Assembly: GCF_902713615.1 (NCBI RefSeq)
Contig: NC_052151.1
Location: 33,220,429-33,284,428 of the forward strand
Length of the DNA: 64,000 bases
Reading direction: 5' to 3'
Source: Scyliorhinus canicula
Taxonomy: Eukaryota
In this document: positions 1-12,130 of the stretch, in pieces
Layout: each line of letters starts with the position of its first letter
Numbering within the stretch: the stretch's first letter is position 1
Notes under the pieces: generated by a model
Told to the model about the DNA's origin: nothing
The model's input: only the letters and a program-made list of their open reading frames with translations
Databases searched by the model: none
Made by a program: the position numbers and the translations under genes

Positions 1-62
1 TTGAACCCGGGTCCCTGGCACTGTGAGGCAGCAGTGCTAACCACTGTGCCACCGTGCCGCCC
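1..62 (-). mobile_element. 5' tRNA-like head of a V-SINE (HE1-like), cut by the window edge
   Basis: Reverse complement reads GGGCGGCACGGTGGCACAGTGGTTAGCACTGCTGCCTCACAGTGCCAGGGACCCGGGTTCAA (A and B boxes), matching other copies in the window. Confidence 0.85.
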
Positions 63-322
63 CGTTAAGTACTTCGTGATAACACAGACAATGTACATAT
101 ATACAGGGTATTGTGCAAACTATGAGCGAACTGCATGCTTGCTACGACCCAGTCCTCTGTTCAGTCTACAACTGACCCTATAGTTTCAGGTCATGTGTCT
201 CTTCACATCACGCTGTACGTAGGACTGTTTCCATGGCCCACATTAACCCTTGCTACGACAGATATCATTCTGCGACATAATGGCCTCCCGACTCTTCCTC
301 TTTCTTCACATTTACATTTACT

Positions 323-876
323 GGCCTGAATTTTGCGTTGAGGGCGTGTCTGTAGATGGCGCAGGCGGGAGCGAATGTGAAACCCGCTCCCACCCAAGAT
401 GGTGTCGTTAACGTGACATTATTACATTGGCTAGCCAGTTAATGGCCATCCAGCGTGAAACATGCTTTGTGAAAGATTGAGCGCTGCCAGGGAGGGCAGG
501 AAGAGGGCGGGTGCCAAGGAAAGGGAGGGTGCGGGCTGGCAGTTCCAATGTACTCCCTCAGGACGGCAGCAGTGGCGGAGGTGCCTGAGAGAGCTGTGGA
601 CCTGTGCAAGATAAATATCAATGGCAGCACAATCATATAGGCCTCAGGCCTCAGTCCCCAGACACATGTACTTGCCAATTGACCCGTCTGCCAACCGTAG
701 AGGTCAAGGGGCAATGTAAATTCCCTGTCCATTGCTGGTTAATTCATTTTAATGGGCTTCTTGATTGTCGCTGGGGTATGTTTCCGACTCGCATGTGTGC
801 CCGCCGACCTAAAAATGAAGTAAGGGCACAATGGCGGTGGGACACGTGCCTGAGGTCTATCGATAAAATTCTGGTC
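323..876. mobile_element. Old non-autonomous PIF/Harbinger-like DNA transposon (MITE)
   Basis: Imperfect TIRs GGCCTGAATTTT...AAAATTCTGGTC, flanks ACT/ACA, GC-rich interior. Confidence 0.5.
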
Positions 877-967
877 ACAGTCTTTAATATCCTGTTAAAT
901 ATTTAAAGCAAAAGTGCGGCTTAAATCTTTTATCACTGTCAGTGGGTTTGTTCCTGACAGTATTGTG

Positions 968-1270
968 TCAGCTTGGCTCAGTCATTGTGCTCTTATCTCC
1001 AGGTAAGATGATTTTGAACCCACCGTCAGAGTCCTCTGCACAAAATGAATAATGCCACAATGTATTACCGAGAGTACACTGCACCAACAGGACTGCCATC
1101 CTTCAGATGAAGCATTACGCCAACTGACTGCTCAATTGGTTAGATGGATGTTAAAAATCCCCTGCATCCCAACGCTCAAATAGAAGGATTTTAAATTAAG
1201 ACATGGTTATTGTGTCAGGTTTCTCATTAAATAGAATTTTTTTTAATTAAGAAAGTGATTAATTGGCTAA
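968..1270 (+). mobile_element. Degenerate DeuSINE (SacSINE1/AmnSINE1-like) remnant
   Basis: tRNA-like head followed by CTTCAGATGAAGCATTA...GATGGATGTTAAAAATCCC; similar to 34120-34435. Confidence 0.45.
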
Positions 1271-1524
1271 ATGGTACCTATTTTTCCAAGAGATTGATCG
1301 ATTTCTCCACTTCTCTCGCTGGTTCTGGGATGTCGAATAGCAGATCGTACCATAGCCTATCTGCTTTGCGGAGGAACAGGCTGGAGCCATTTTGAAACCA
1401 TGGACATAGCCAATCGGCTATGGGACCCAAACTGATTTGCAAAGGTAGCTCGCCGGATTAAGGCCAGTTCAGTATCGAGAGATCCAGAGACCACTGGGGT
1501 GGGAGGGGGAAAGGTTTTTTAAAA

Positions 1525-2103
1525 TTAAAATTCATTCATGTGATGTGTGCATCACTGATTGGATCAGCAATTATTGCCCATAACTATTGCCCCATGCTAG
1601 GCCATTTCAGAGGGCAGTTTCAGGGTCAACCATATCAATAAATAAATAATCTTTTATTGTCACAAGTAGACTTACATTAACACTGCAATGAAGTTACTGT
1701 GAAAAGCCCCTAGTCGCCCCTAGCCCGGCACCTGTTCGGGTACAGAGAGGGAGAATTCAGAATTCACAGCTGGTACGGGAATTGAACCAACTCTGCTGGC
1801 CTTGTTCTGCATCACAAACCAGCTGTCTAGCGCACTAAGCTAAACCAGCCCGTTTGCCTCGGACCTGGAGTCACATGTAGGCCAGGTATGGGATGTCCTT
1901 CTCTAAGGGAACAGTTGTGAACCAGATGGGTTTTTCGGACAATCGCCAATGGTTTCAGAGTCACCATTAGACCTTTAATTTCAGATTTATATTGATCCAA
2001 ATTTCAACATCTGCCTCGATGGGATTCAGCATGGGTCCCCAGGGCATTAACCTGGGTCTCACGATTACTGATCCAATGACAATGTCACTAACCATTGCCT
2101 CCC
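1525..2103 (-). mobile_element. tRNA-derived SINE with CR1-like tail, interrupted by the SINE at 1640-1851
   Basis: Homologous to 59270-59596 and 60182-60528; its tail matches the 3' end of the LINE at 22075-23358. Confidence 0.7.
1640..1851 (-). mobile_element. SINE with tRNA-Ile-like head and Rex-type tail
   Basis: Minus strand starts GGGCTGGTTTAGCTTAGTG and ends CTTTTCACAGTAACTTCA...TTGTGACAATAA. Confidence 0.8.
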
Positions 2104-2519
2104 TATGACCCCTCTCCCCTGTCATGATAGAGGGTGGATGGTGGGGGGGTGCGGTGTAGGGTGGTTGGTAGAAAGCATGGTTGGAAGTGTGGGTAACAAC
2201 TACCTGGGTTAGTTTTGAGAATTCCAGCTTCCACAAAAATAGCATCAATCTTACCTATTGATGGGCCTGTGTGGCTTTATTGTCAGTGGGGAAGTGCATG
2301 GCTCCGACCAGTTCTACCCTTAACTGTACAAGGGGGTCTTCATCCCTTTATCCTAGTACAGGTAATCATCAGGGACCATGGTGACTTTACTTCGTCATTC
2401 ACCTCATTGCCATTTGTGAGACCTATTCCTCTTTCTTGACAGAAAGAAATCCCATGGTGAGATGGGGGCCTATAAATCAAAAGTATAGATCTGAACTAAC
2501 TGAAAGAGGGGGGGGGGAG

Positions 2520-3112
2520 GCCGGGGGACAGGTGCCGTTTCCCATGGCTGGCGAGTCTAGAACTCGGGAGCTCAGTCTCAGGATATTGGATTGCCAGTTA
2601 GGACTGAGATGAGGAAATACTTAATCACTTCATCAGAGGGCATTGAACCCTTGCAATCCTGCAGTTGTTGATGCTCAGTTGTTGACCATAATCAAAGCCG
2701 AGATCGATAGCATTTTTGGGATCTCTAATTCCGAAGAGGATTATGGGATATGACAGTCAAGTGAGAAAGTGGAGTTGACGTTGAAAATCAGCCATACTTC
2801 AGGGCAGCACGGTGGCCTAGTGGTTAGCACAACCGCCTTCATGGCGCTGAGGTCCCAGGTTTGATCCCGGCTCTGGGTCACTGTACGTGTGGAGTTTGCA
2901 CATTTTCCCCGTGTCTGCGTGGGTTTCGCCCCCACAACCCAAAAATGTGCAGAGTAGGTGGATTGGCCACGCTAAATTGCCCCTTAATTGGAAAAAATAA
3001 TTGGGTAATCTAAATTTATAAAAAAAAAGAAAATCAGCCATAATTCTATTAACGGTGGGGCAGGCTGGAGGAGTGGTGTGGTCTACTCCTGCTCCCATGC
3101 CTTACGTTCTTA
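2520..3112 (+). mobile_element. Degenerate CR1 LINE 3' fragment carrying a SINE insertion
   Basis: Similar to the 3' ends of other CR1 copies (TAGGACTGAGATGAGGAAA...ACTCCTGCTCC). Confidence 0.6.
2802..3028 (+). mobile_element. Short V-SINE with poly(A) tail and 14-bp TSD
   Basis: V-SINE head and core, poly(A), direct repeat GAAAATCAGCCATA at 2783-2796 and 3029-3042. Confidence 0.9.
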
Positions 3113-3251
3113 CATTCTTCCTTTGTGAAGCTGCACTGGCCTCACTAGTGAAGTAAAGCAAGTAACTTTAAAAATGCAGTCGTCTGTCTCCTGTCTCTCT
3201 TCCAGCTGACTTTACAGGCAGGGCTAGTCACAGTGGCTTCCCTGCTCAAGT

Positions 3252-3546
3252 AATAAGAATAATAATGTTTATTGTCACAAGTAGGCTTACATTAACACTG
3301 CAATGAAGTTACTGTGAAAAGCCCCTAGTCGCCACATTCTGCCGCCTGTTCGGGTACACTGAGGGAGAATTCAATATGTCCAGATTACCTAACAGCACAT
3401 GTTTCGGGACTTGTGGGACGAAACCGGAGCACCCGGAGGAAACCCACGCAGACACGGGGAGAACGTGCAGACTCCGCACAGTGACCTAAGCCGGGAATCA
3501 AACTTGGGACCCTGGTGCTGTGAAGCAACAGTGCTAACCAGTGTGC
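3252..3546 (-). mobile_element. V-SINE with Rex-type tail
   Basis: V-domain core (GGGTTTCCTCCGGGTGCTCCGG) plus tail ending TGTGACAATAA. Confidence 0.85.
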
Positions 3547-3845
3547 TAATCAGAATTAAAAATGACAGCCCGTGTCCAATCAGACCCAGACTGACACACA
3601 CAGTTGAGGACGCACATGCCTGCTCAGAATGAACAGATCACTGAATCAATGGGATTCCACCAGGACATCAGTGGGCAAGGCACCTCGCTTTGTTACCTAT
3701 CCTCCTGGATTCTGCTCGGCACGTAGGGCTAAAATTGCCCCTTGAAATTACATTCACACTGAAATTTAAATGGCTTAATACAATTACTCAATTAACTGTT
3801 CTCTCTCATTTTCTGTCACTTTATGAATACTCTGTGTAATAAGAT

Positions 3846-5171
3846 CATAAGACCATAAGACATAGGAGCAGAATTAGGCCACTTGGCCCATCGAGTCTAC
3901 TCCGCCATTCAATCATGGCTGATATTTTCTCATCCCCATTCTCCTGCCTTCTCCCCATAACCCTTGATCCCATTATTAATCAAGAACCTAACTATCTCTG
4001 TCTTAAAGACATTCAGTGAATTGGCCTCCACAGCCTTCTGCGGCAAAGAGTTCCACAGATTCACCACCCTCTGGCTGAAGAAATCCCTCCTCATCTCTGT
4101 TTTAAAAGATCGTCTCTTTAGTCTGAGATGGTGTCCTCTGGTTCTAGTTTTTCCTACAAATGGAAACATCCTCTCCATGTCCACTCTATCCAGGCCTCGC
4201 AGTATCCTGTACGTTTCAATAAGATTCCCTCTCATCCTTCTAAACTCCAACGAGTACGGACCCAGAGTTCTCAAACCTTCTCTATACAACAAGTTCTTCA
4301 TTCCAGGGATCATTCTTGTGAACCTTCTCTGGACCCTTTCCAAGGCCAGCACATCCTTCCTTAGATATGAGGCCCAAAACTGCTCACAATACTCCAAATG
4401 GGGTCAGACCAGAGCCTTATACAGCCTCAGAAGAACATCCCTGGTCTTGTATTCGAGCCCTCTTGACATGAATGCTAACATTGCATTTGCCTTCTTAACT
4501 GCCGACTGAACCTGCACAATAACCTTAAGAGAATTGTGAACAAGGACTGCCAAGTCCCTTTGTGCTTCTGCTTTCCGACGCATTTCCCCATTTAGAAAAT
4601 AGTCTGTGCCTAAATTCCTCCTTCCAAAGTGCACAACCTCACACTTTTCCACATTGTATTTCATTTGCCACTCCATTGCCCACTCTCCTAGCTTGTCCAA
4701 GTCCTTCTGCAGCCCCCTTGCTTCCTCAATACTATCTGTCCCTCTACAGATCTTTGTGTCAACAATGCCTTCAGTACCTTCTTCCAGATCATTAATGTAT
4801 ATTGTAAAAAGTTGTGGTCCCAGCACAGACCCCTGAGGCTCACCACTAGTCACTGACTGCCATCCTGAAAAAGATCCCTTTATCCCCACTCTCTGCCTTC
4901 TGCCAGTCAACCAATCCTCTATCCATGCCAGGATCTTACCCTTAACACCATGGGCTCTTAACTTATTTAACAGTCTCCTATGCGGCACCTTGTCAAAGGC
5001 CTTCTGGAAATCTAAATAAATCACGTCCACTGGTTCTCCTTTGTCTAACTTGCTTGTTACCTCCTCAAAGAACTCTAACAGATTTGTCAGACATGACCTC
5101 TTCTTGACGAAGCCGTGCTGACTCAGTCCTATTTTATCATGCACTTCCAAGTGCTTCGCGATCTCATCTTT
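3846..5171 (-). mobile_element. CR1 (HER1-like) LINE, 3' part; decayed ORF2 reverse transcriptase
   Basis: ORFs 3930-4397 and 4404-5213 contain QHGF..RSCLTNL, YLDFQKAFDKVPH and PQGSVLGP; (TCTTATG)n 3' tail; continues at 11262. Confidence 0.95.
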
Positions 5172-5516
5172 TTTTTTTAAATAATTTTTATTGAAATTTT
5201 TCGATACAAACATTTACCCCTACTACATTTTAAATTATAACACAACAAATCCCCCCCTGGAAAATCCTCCCCACGCCCTCCCCCGCGCGCACCCCCCCCC
5301 ACCCTCTCCCCCCCCCCCCCCCCCCCCCGCGCTACCAGTCTAGCAACCAAACCGTTTTTCCCTTTCTGCCGATGGCCTCGGGCAGTCATTGCCCGCGACC
5401 CCCCGCTGACGTGCTCCCTTCGTTGCTATCCCCCCCCCTCCCTTCCCCCCCCCCCCTCCCTTCCCCCCCCCCCCCCCCCCTTCTCCCCGGGTTGCTGCTG
5501 TTTCGGCCTCCAGTTC

Positions 5517-8500
5517 CTATCTCTGATCCAGAAAGTCAAGGAAGGGCTGCCACCGCCGGAAGAACCCCTGTACCGACCCTCTCAGGGCGAATTTGATTCT
5601 TTCCAATTGGATGAAGCTTGCCATGTCGTTTAACCAGGTGTTAACACTTGGTGGCCTTGTGTCCCTCCACTGAATCAAGATCCTTCTCCGAGCTACCAAG
5701 GACGCAAAGGCCAATATTCCGGCCTCCCCTGCCTCCTGTACTCCTGGCTCCACCCCAACCCCAAAAATCGCTAGCCCCCACCCTGGTTTGACCCTGGTTC
5801 CCACCACTCTCGATACCGTCCCCGCCACCCCCTCCCAGAACTCTTCCAGTGCCGGGCACATCCAGAACATATGTACATGGTTCGCAGGGCTTCCCGAACA
5901 CCTAACACACCTGTCCTCACCCCCGAAGAACCGACTCATCCTAGTCCCCGTCATATGGGCTCTGTGCAGCACCTTAAATTGGATGAGGCCCAACCTTGCG
6001 CACGACGACGACGAATTGACCCTCTCTAAGGCATCCGCCCATGTCCCATCTTCTATCTGCTCTCCCAGCTCCGCTTCCCACTTGTCTTTCAGCTCCTCTA
6101 TCGATACCTCCTCCACCTCCTGCATTATTTTGTAGATGTCCGAGACCTTCCCTTCTCCGACCCAGACCCCTGACAGCACCCTATCACTCACCCCTCTATC
6201 GGGAAGCAAGGAAAATCCTTCCACCTGTCGTCTGGCAAATGCCTTCACCTGCAGGTATCTAAACGTGTTCCCCGGGGGGAGCTCAAATTTCTCCTCCAGC
6301 TCTCCCAGGCTCGCAAACCTCCCCTCTATGAACATGTCCCTCAGTTGCCTGATGCCCGCCCTGTGCCAGCTCTGGAATCCCCCGCCAGTGTTCCCCGGGA
6401 CAAATCTGTGGTTCCCTCTCAGTGGCGCCGCCATCAGACCCCCCACTTCCCCCCTGTGTCGCCTCCACTGCCCCCAGATTTTAAGGGTGGCCGCCACTAC
6501 CGGACTCGTGGTATACCTTGTGGGGGGGAGCGGCCATGGTGCCGTTACTAGCGCCCCCAGGCTTGTATTGCCGCAGGACGCCCTCTCCATACGTTTCCAA
6601 GCTGCCCCCTCCCCCTCCATCACCCACTTGCGCACCATCGATGCGTTCGCCGCCCAGTAGTATCCGGAAAGATTGGGTAGCGCTAATCCTCCACTGTCCC
6701 TACTCCGTTCCAAGAAAATCCTTCTCACTCTAGGGGTGCCATGTGCCCACACATAGCCCATAATGCTGCTAGTTACCTTCTTGAAGAAGGCCCTGGGGAG
6801 AAAGATGGGCAAGCACTGGAACAGAAACAAGAACCTCGGGAGGACCGTCATTTTGACTGACTGCACCCTCCCTGCTAGCGACAGCGGTACCATGTCCCAC
6901 CTCTTGAACTCCTCCTCCATCTGCTCCACCAGCCTTGAAAAGTTCAGCTTGTGGAGGGTCCCCCAGTTCCTTGCCACCTGCACCCCCAAGTACCTGAAGC
7001 TCTTTACTGCTCTCTTAAAGGGGAGCCGCCCAATTCCCTCCCCCTGATCTCCCGGGTGTATCACAAAGACCTCACTTTTACCCACATTTAATTTATATCC
7101 CGAAAAGTCCCCAAACTCCGCTAGTATTTCCATTACCTCCGGCATTCCCCCTTCCGGGTCCGCCACATATAACAACAAATCATCCGCATAGAGTGATACC
7201 CGATGTTCCTCCCCTCCCCTTGTCAGTCCTCTCCACCCCCCTGAACCCCTCAGTGCCATCGCCAACGGTTCGATCGCTAATGCAAATAGTAAGGGGGATA
7301 GGGGGCATCCCTGCCTGGTACCTCGATGGAGCCCAAAATACTCTGACCTCCTCCCGTTTGTAACCACACTCGCCATCGGGGCCGAATACAGCAGCTTCAC
7401 CCACTTGATAAATCCCTCCCCAAACCCAAACCGTTCCAGCGTCTCCCACAGGTATTCCCACTCCACCCTATCGAATGCCTTCTCCGCATCCAGTGCTACC
7501 ACTATCTCAGCCTCCCCCTCCACTGCTGGCATCATAATCACATTCAACAGTCTCCGGACATTTGTGTTAAGTTGTCGTCCCTTTACGAACCCCGTCTGGT
7601 CCTCATGGATTACCCCTGGCACACAATCCTCTATTCTGGTTGCCAGGACCTTTGCCAACAGTTTGGCATCTACATTCAAGAGGGAGATAGGCCTGTAGGA
7701 CCCGCACTGTACAGGGTCTTTGTCCCGCTTCAGGATCAAGGAGATCAGGGCCTGTGACATTGTCGGGGGCAGAACCCCCCCCTCTCGCGCCTCATTGAAG
7801 GCTCGCACCAGCACTGGACCCACCAAGTCCACATACTTCTTATAAAATTCCACCGGGAACCCATCCGGCCCCGGCGCCTTCCCCGCCTGCATCTGGCCTA
7901 TCCCTTTAACTAGCTCCTGCAGCTCTATCGGCGCCCCAGCCCCTCCACCCGTTCCTCCTGGACCTTTGGGAACCTCAATCTATCGAGGAAGTTCTCCATT
8001 CCCCCCCTCCTCCTGGGCGGCTCAGACCGGTACAATTCCCTGTAGAAATCCCTGAAGACCCCGTTCACCTCTTGCCCCTTCTGCACTACGTTCCCTCCCT
8101 TCTCTCTCACTCCCCCAATCTCTCTGGCTGCATCTCGCTTGCGCAGCTGGTGTGCTAGCATCCTGCTCGCCTTTTCCCCGTACTCATAGACCGCGCCCTG
8201 TGCCCTTCTCCATTGCGTCTCCGCCTTCCTAGTGGTCAGTAGGTCAAACTGGGCCTGTAAACTGCGCCGCTCCCTCAACAGCCCCTCCTCTGGTGTCTCC
8301 GCATATCTCCTGTCCACTTCTATAAGTTCCCCCACCAGTCTCTCCCTCTCCTGCCTCTCCTTCCTTTCTCTGTGTGCCCTTATGGAGATCAGCTCTCCTC
8401 TGATCACTGCTTTCAGGGCCTCCCAGACCACCCCCACCTTCACCTCGCCCGTGTCGTTCGTGCCCAGATATCTCTCAATGCCCTTCCGGACCCTTCCGCA

Positions 8501-9310
8501 CACCTCATCGTCCGCCAGCAGCCCCACATCCAGGCGCCACAACGGGCGCTGGTCCCGTGCTTCCCCCAGTTCTACCTCTACCCAGTGTGGTGCATGGTCC
8601 GAAATCGCAATGGCCGAGTACTCCGTGTCCTGCACTCTCGAAATCAGCCCCCTGCTCAGTACAAAAAAGTCTATTCTGGAGTACACCCTGTGGACGTGGG
8701 AGAAAAAAGAATACTCCCTCGCCCTTGGCCTGCCAAATCTCCAAGGGTCTACCCCCCCCATCTGCTCCATGAACCCCCTTAGCACCTCTGCCGCTGCCGG
8801 CCTCCTATTCGTCCTGGAACTCGATCTGTCCAGCCCAGGGTCGAGCACTGTATTGAAGTCCCCCCCCATGATCAGGCCCCCTGCCTCCAGACCCGGAATG
8901 AGGCCCAACAGGCGCCTCATAAAACCCGCGTCATCCCAATTCGGGGCATACACATTCACCAGCACCACATTCTCTCCCTGCAGCCTACCCTTCACCATCA
9001 CGTACCTACCCTCCTTATCTGCTACCACCTGCGCCGCCACGAACGACACCCTCTTTCCCACCAAAATCGCCACCCCCCGGTTCTTTGCGTCCAAGCCTGA
9101 GTGGAACACCTGTCCCACCCACCCCCTTCTCAGGCGTACCTGGTCTACTACTCTCAAGTGAGTCTCCTGCAACATTGCCACATCCGCCTGCAGTCCCTTT
9201 AGGTGTGAAAAAACCCTTGATCTCTTGACCGGCCCATTCAGCCCCCTCACGTTCCAAGTAATCAACCGGGTCGCGGAGCGACCCGTCCCTTTCCCCTGTC
9301 TATTAGCCAT
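5517..9310 (-). CDS. L1 ORF2p (APE endonuclease, reverse transcriptase, CCHC) split by a 1-bp frameshift at 7934-7937
   Basis: ITWNVRGL, LQETH, GGDFN, SRIDF, SDH (EN); KAPGPDG, GTRQGCPLSP, LYADD (RT); CVRC..HVHMFWMC. Adding one G gives a 1264-aa ORF from the ATG at 9310. Confidence 0.93.
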
Positions 9311-10266
9311 GTCCTGTCCCCTGTTCGCCCCGGGTCGACCCTCCCCTTCTGACCCGTTCCCCATGGCGATGGCCCCCCCCCCTCTCTCCTCCCGTTCTTC
9401 CCTTCCCGTCCTCGGCCTTTCCAGCAGCAACCCGATATCCCCCCCTAACCCCCCTTCCCCCCCCCCCCCCCCCCCCCCCCCCCTGGCTAGGACCCCTCCT
9501 AGCCGCGGTGTATCCACCATCGTACTCCCGAGAGTCAGCTGGTTTTCGCTGACCCGGCTGCCCCTGCCACACTTCGACTCCTCCCGATGTGGGGGGGGAG
9601 GGGCCTCCCCCCCCCCTTGCCATCCCTCTCTGACCCCGCTTCAGCGCGGGAAAAGCCGCCATTGCTGGCCACACCCCACTCTTCTCTCCTCCCCCTTCCT
9701 CCGTCCCGCGCGCGGGAAACAGGGGAAAGCCCGCGCTTTCGCCCGGCCACACCCTACCCCGCCATCTTCAATTCCACCCCCGTCCCCATCCAAGCCCATA
9801 AATAAGAAGCCCCCTTAAAACGAGAGGAAGAAAAAAGAGAAAAAGAAAACACGCATAACCAACTTGCACCCCCCCCGTCCCGCCTCCCCAACTTAACAAT
9901 ATAACAATATAAATAACAAATCTCAAATAAATACATAAATACATAACTATGCCTGCATAACTAAATGACTACCCAATAATAACGTATTTAACCATCACCC
10001 TCCATCGAACAGAACAGTAACCATAATCCTTAAAGAACAGATCAAAAAACAGTAAAAAAGCCCCCCTACAACAACAATAATTAAGGGAAGTTGGCAACGG
10101 GAAGAGACACACAAAAAGGAACAAAGAAACCCCCCATAACACAAGTTTCAAAGAAACCAAACGATCCATCAACTTTAACCAAGTTCCGACCTGGCCTAAG
10201 AAAGACATGGGCCACTTGATCAGTCAAGGGTACTCGGGCGGCCTCGACCGCCGGCGTTCCCAAGTT

Positions 10267-11112
10267 CTAGTTCAGGTCCAGCTTTTCCTCCCGAACAAAA
10301 GTCCATGCCTCCTCTGGGGTCTCAAAGTAATGGTGCTGGTCCTTGTAGGTGACCCACAAGCGCGCTGGCTGCAGCATTCCGAACTTGATCCTCTTTGCGT
10401 GCAGCACCGCCTTCGTCCGGTTAAACCGGGCCCGCCGCTTTGCCACCTCCGCACTCCAGTCCTGATATATCCGCACCGTCGAATTCTCCCATTTGCTGCT
10501 TTTCTCCCTCTTGGCCCACCTCAGCACTTTCTCCCGATCACAGAAACGCTGGAATCGCACCAGCACCGCCCTCGGGGGCTCGTTCGCCCTAGGCCGCCTA
10601 GCCATGACCCGATATGCTTCTTCCAGCTCCAGGGGCGATGGACCGGCCCCCTCTCCCATCAGGGAGCTCAGCATCTCCGCTACATATTTCGGGAGATCAG
10701 GCCCCTCCAGGCCTTCTGCTAGGCCCAGGATCCTCAAGTTCTTCCGCCTCATTCGAGTGTCCAGCTCCTCAAAGCGGCTCTGCCATTTCAGGTGGAGTGC
10801 CTCGTGCACTTCCACCTTTCCCACGAGGACCGTGGCCTCCTCCTCCCTTGCAGTCATCTCCTGCTGCAGCTCTCTTATCGACGCCTCTTGGGTCGCCTGG
10901 GCCCCCATCAGCCTTGTGGTCGTCGCGTTCATAGACTCTAAGAGTTCCACTTTCAGCTCCGTAAAACACCGAAGGAGAGCGGCCTGCTGCTCCTCCGCCC
11001 ATTTTCTCCAATCTTCTAGTGCGCCACCGGCCGCCATTTTGGTCCTCTTCCCCCGCTTTTTTCGGGGAGCTGCTGCCGCTTTTTTTGTCGCCCCACTCCG
11101 AGTACCGACCAT
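10267..11112 (-). CDS. L1 ORF1p (coiled coil, RRM, CTD; transposase_22 type), 281 aa from the first ATG
   Basis: Heptad region, RRKNLRILGLAEG, PRAVLVRF, IYQDWS, PARLWVT, FETPEEA; frame is open. Confidence 0.92.
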   Translation of the reverse strand: MVGTRSGATKKAAAAPRKKRGKRTKMAAGGALEDWRKWAEEQQAALLRCFTELKVELLESMNATTTRLMGAQATQEASIRELQQEMTAREEEATVLVGKVEVHEALHLKWQSRFEELDTRMRRKNLRILGLAEGLEGPDLPKYVAEMLSSLMGEGAGPSPLELEEAYRVMARRPRANEPPRAVLVRFQRFCDREKVLRWAKREKSSKWENSTVRIYQDWSAEVAKRRARFNRTKAVLHAKRIKFGMLQPARLWVTYKDQHHYFETPEEAWTFVREEKLDLN

Positions 11113-11261
11113 AAAGTTGGTCTCACTCTCCTCAGGGAGCCTTCCCCCACCGGGATTCGTCTTTACAGTACCGTCGGGGCCCTCCAATCGGCCCTTAAAC
11201 ACCTTTGTCGCAGGAGCTGCCAAATGTGCGACTTAGCTGGTCATAGCCGCAACCGGAAGTC

Positions 11262-11663
11262 CGATCTCATCTTTAATAACAGACTCTAAAGTCTTACCAA
11301 TGACCAAAGTCAGGCTAACCGGCCTATAATTTCCCATCTTCTGCCTCCCTCCCTTCTTAAACAGTGGTGTTACATTAGCCACTTTCCAGTCCTCTGGGAT
11401 CCTTCCTGCCTCCAGTGATTCCTGAAAGATCATCACTAATGTCTCCACAATTTCCTCCGTTATCTCTTTTAGGACCCTGGGGTTAGTCCATCCGGTCCAG
11501 GTGACTTATCAACCTTCAGACCTTTCAGTTTCCCCAGAGCCATCTCCTTAGTAATGGTCACTGCATTCACCTCTTCCCCCTGATTCTCCTGGAGCTCTGG
11601 CATCCCACTGGTGTCTTCCACCGTGAAGACTGATGTAAAGTAACTACTCAATGTGTCTGCCAT
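11262..11663 (-). mobile_element. CR1 LINE, 5' part of the copy interrupted by the L1
   Basis: KSPGPDG and WKVANVTPLFKKG..NYRPVSLT; the peptide ESVIKDEI joins DEIAKHL across the L1. Confidence 0.93.
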
Positions 11664-11967
11664 AACTCCAAAGGAAACTGTTAGTAAAGTAACTGGATTT
11701 ATTTACATATACACAAAGTATTGCTGTACGTCACATCCCAGTGCCTGCTTTTATCCTCTAATCTGACGAGCCCTAGATGGTGGGTCTCCACCCCCTACCT
11801 GGGGAGCTCATATTCAATAAGCCCCATCGGAAGATCAGTAAATATTATCACATGATCCTCATGGCGGTTGCAAGATTCTGGAACAGTTCTGTTCTGTCAA
11901 GTCGCTACCTATGCTCCACAATTTTATGCAGTTTCCATTGTCTTCATCAATGATAGTAACAGTGCGG

Positions 11968-12130
11968 ACTGGCTGAGGTTATTCATGAAGGACCCGCCTT
12001 CTTAACCTCACCCCTCGCCTAGTGATTGGTGATCCTCAGGTTAAATCACCACCAGTCAGCTCTCCCCCTCAAAGGAGGAAGCAGCCTCTGGTCATCTGGG
12101 GCGATGGCGAATTTACCTTTCTTTACCTTT
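11968..12130 (+). mobile_element. SINE fragment with (ACCTTT)-type tail
   Basis: CCTCAGGTTAAATCACCACCAGTCAG body ending TTTACCTTTCTTTACCTTT. Confidence 0.4.

Larger units (their letters stand above)
5172..11261 (-). mobile_element. Full-length L1-clade LINE (~6.09 kb)
   Basis: 13-bp TSD CGATCTCATCTTT at 5159-5171 and 11262-11274; TT/AAA nick site; 5' end GACTTCCGGTTGCGG; AATAAA plus poly(A); ORF1 and ORF2 present. Confidence 0.97.

Noticed and set aside
2802-2880. tRNA genes at SINE heads
   Set aside because: A and B boxes are present, but each continues into a SINE core and tail and lacks a proper cloverleaf.
8232-11236. Long antisense ORFs over L1 (309, 197 and 247 aa)
   Set aside because: Shadows of GC-rich coding sequence with no recognisable domain.
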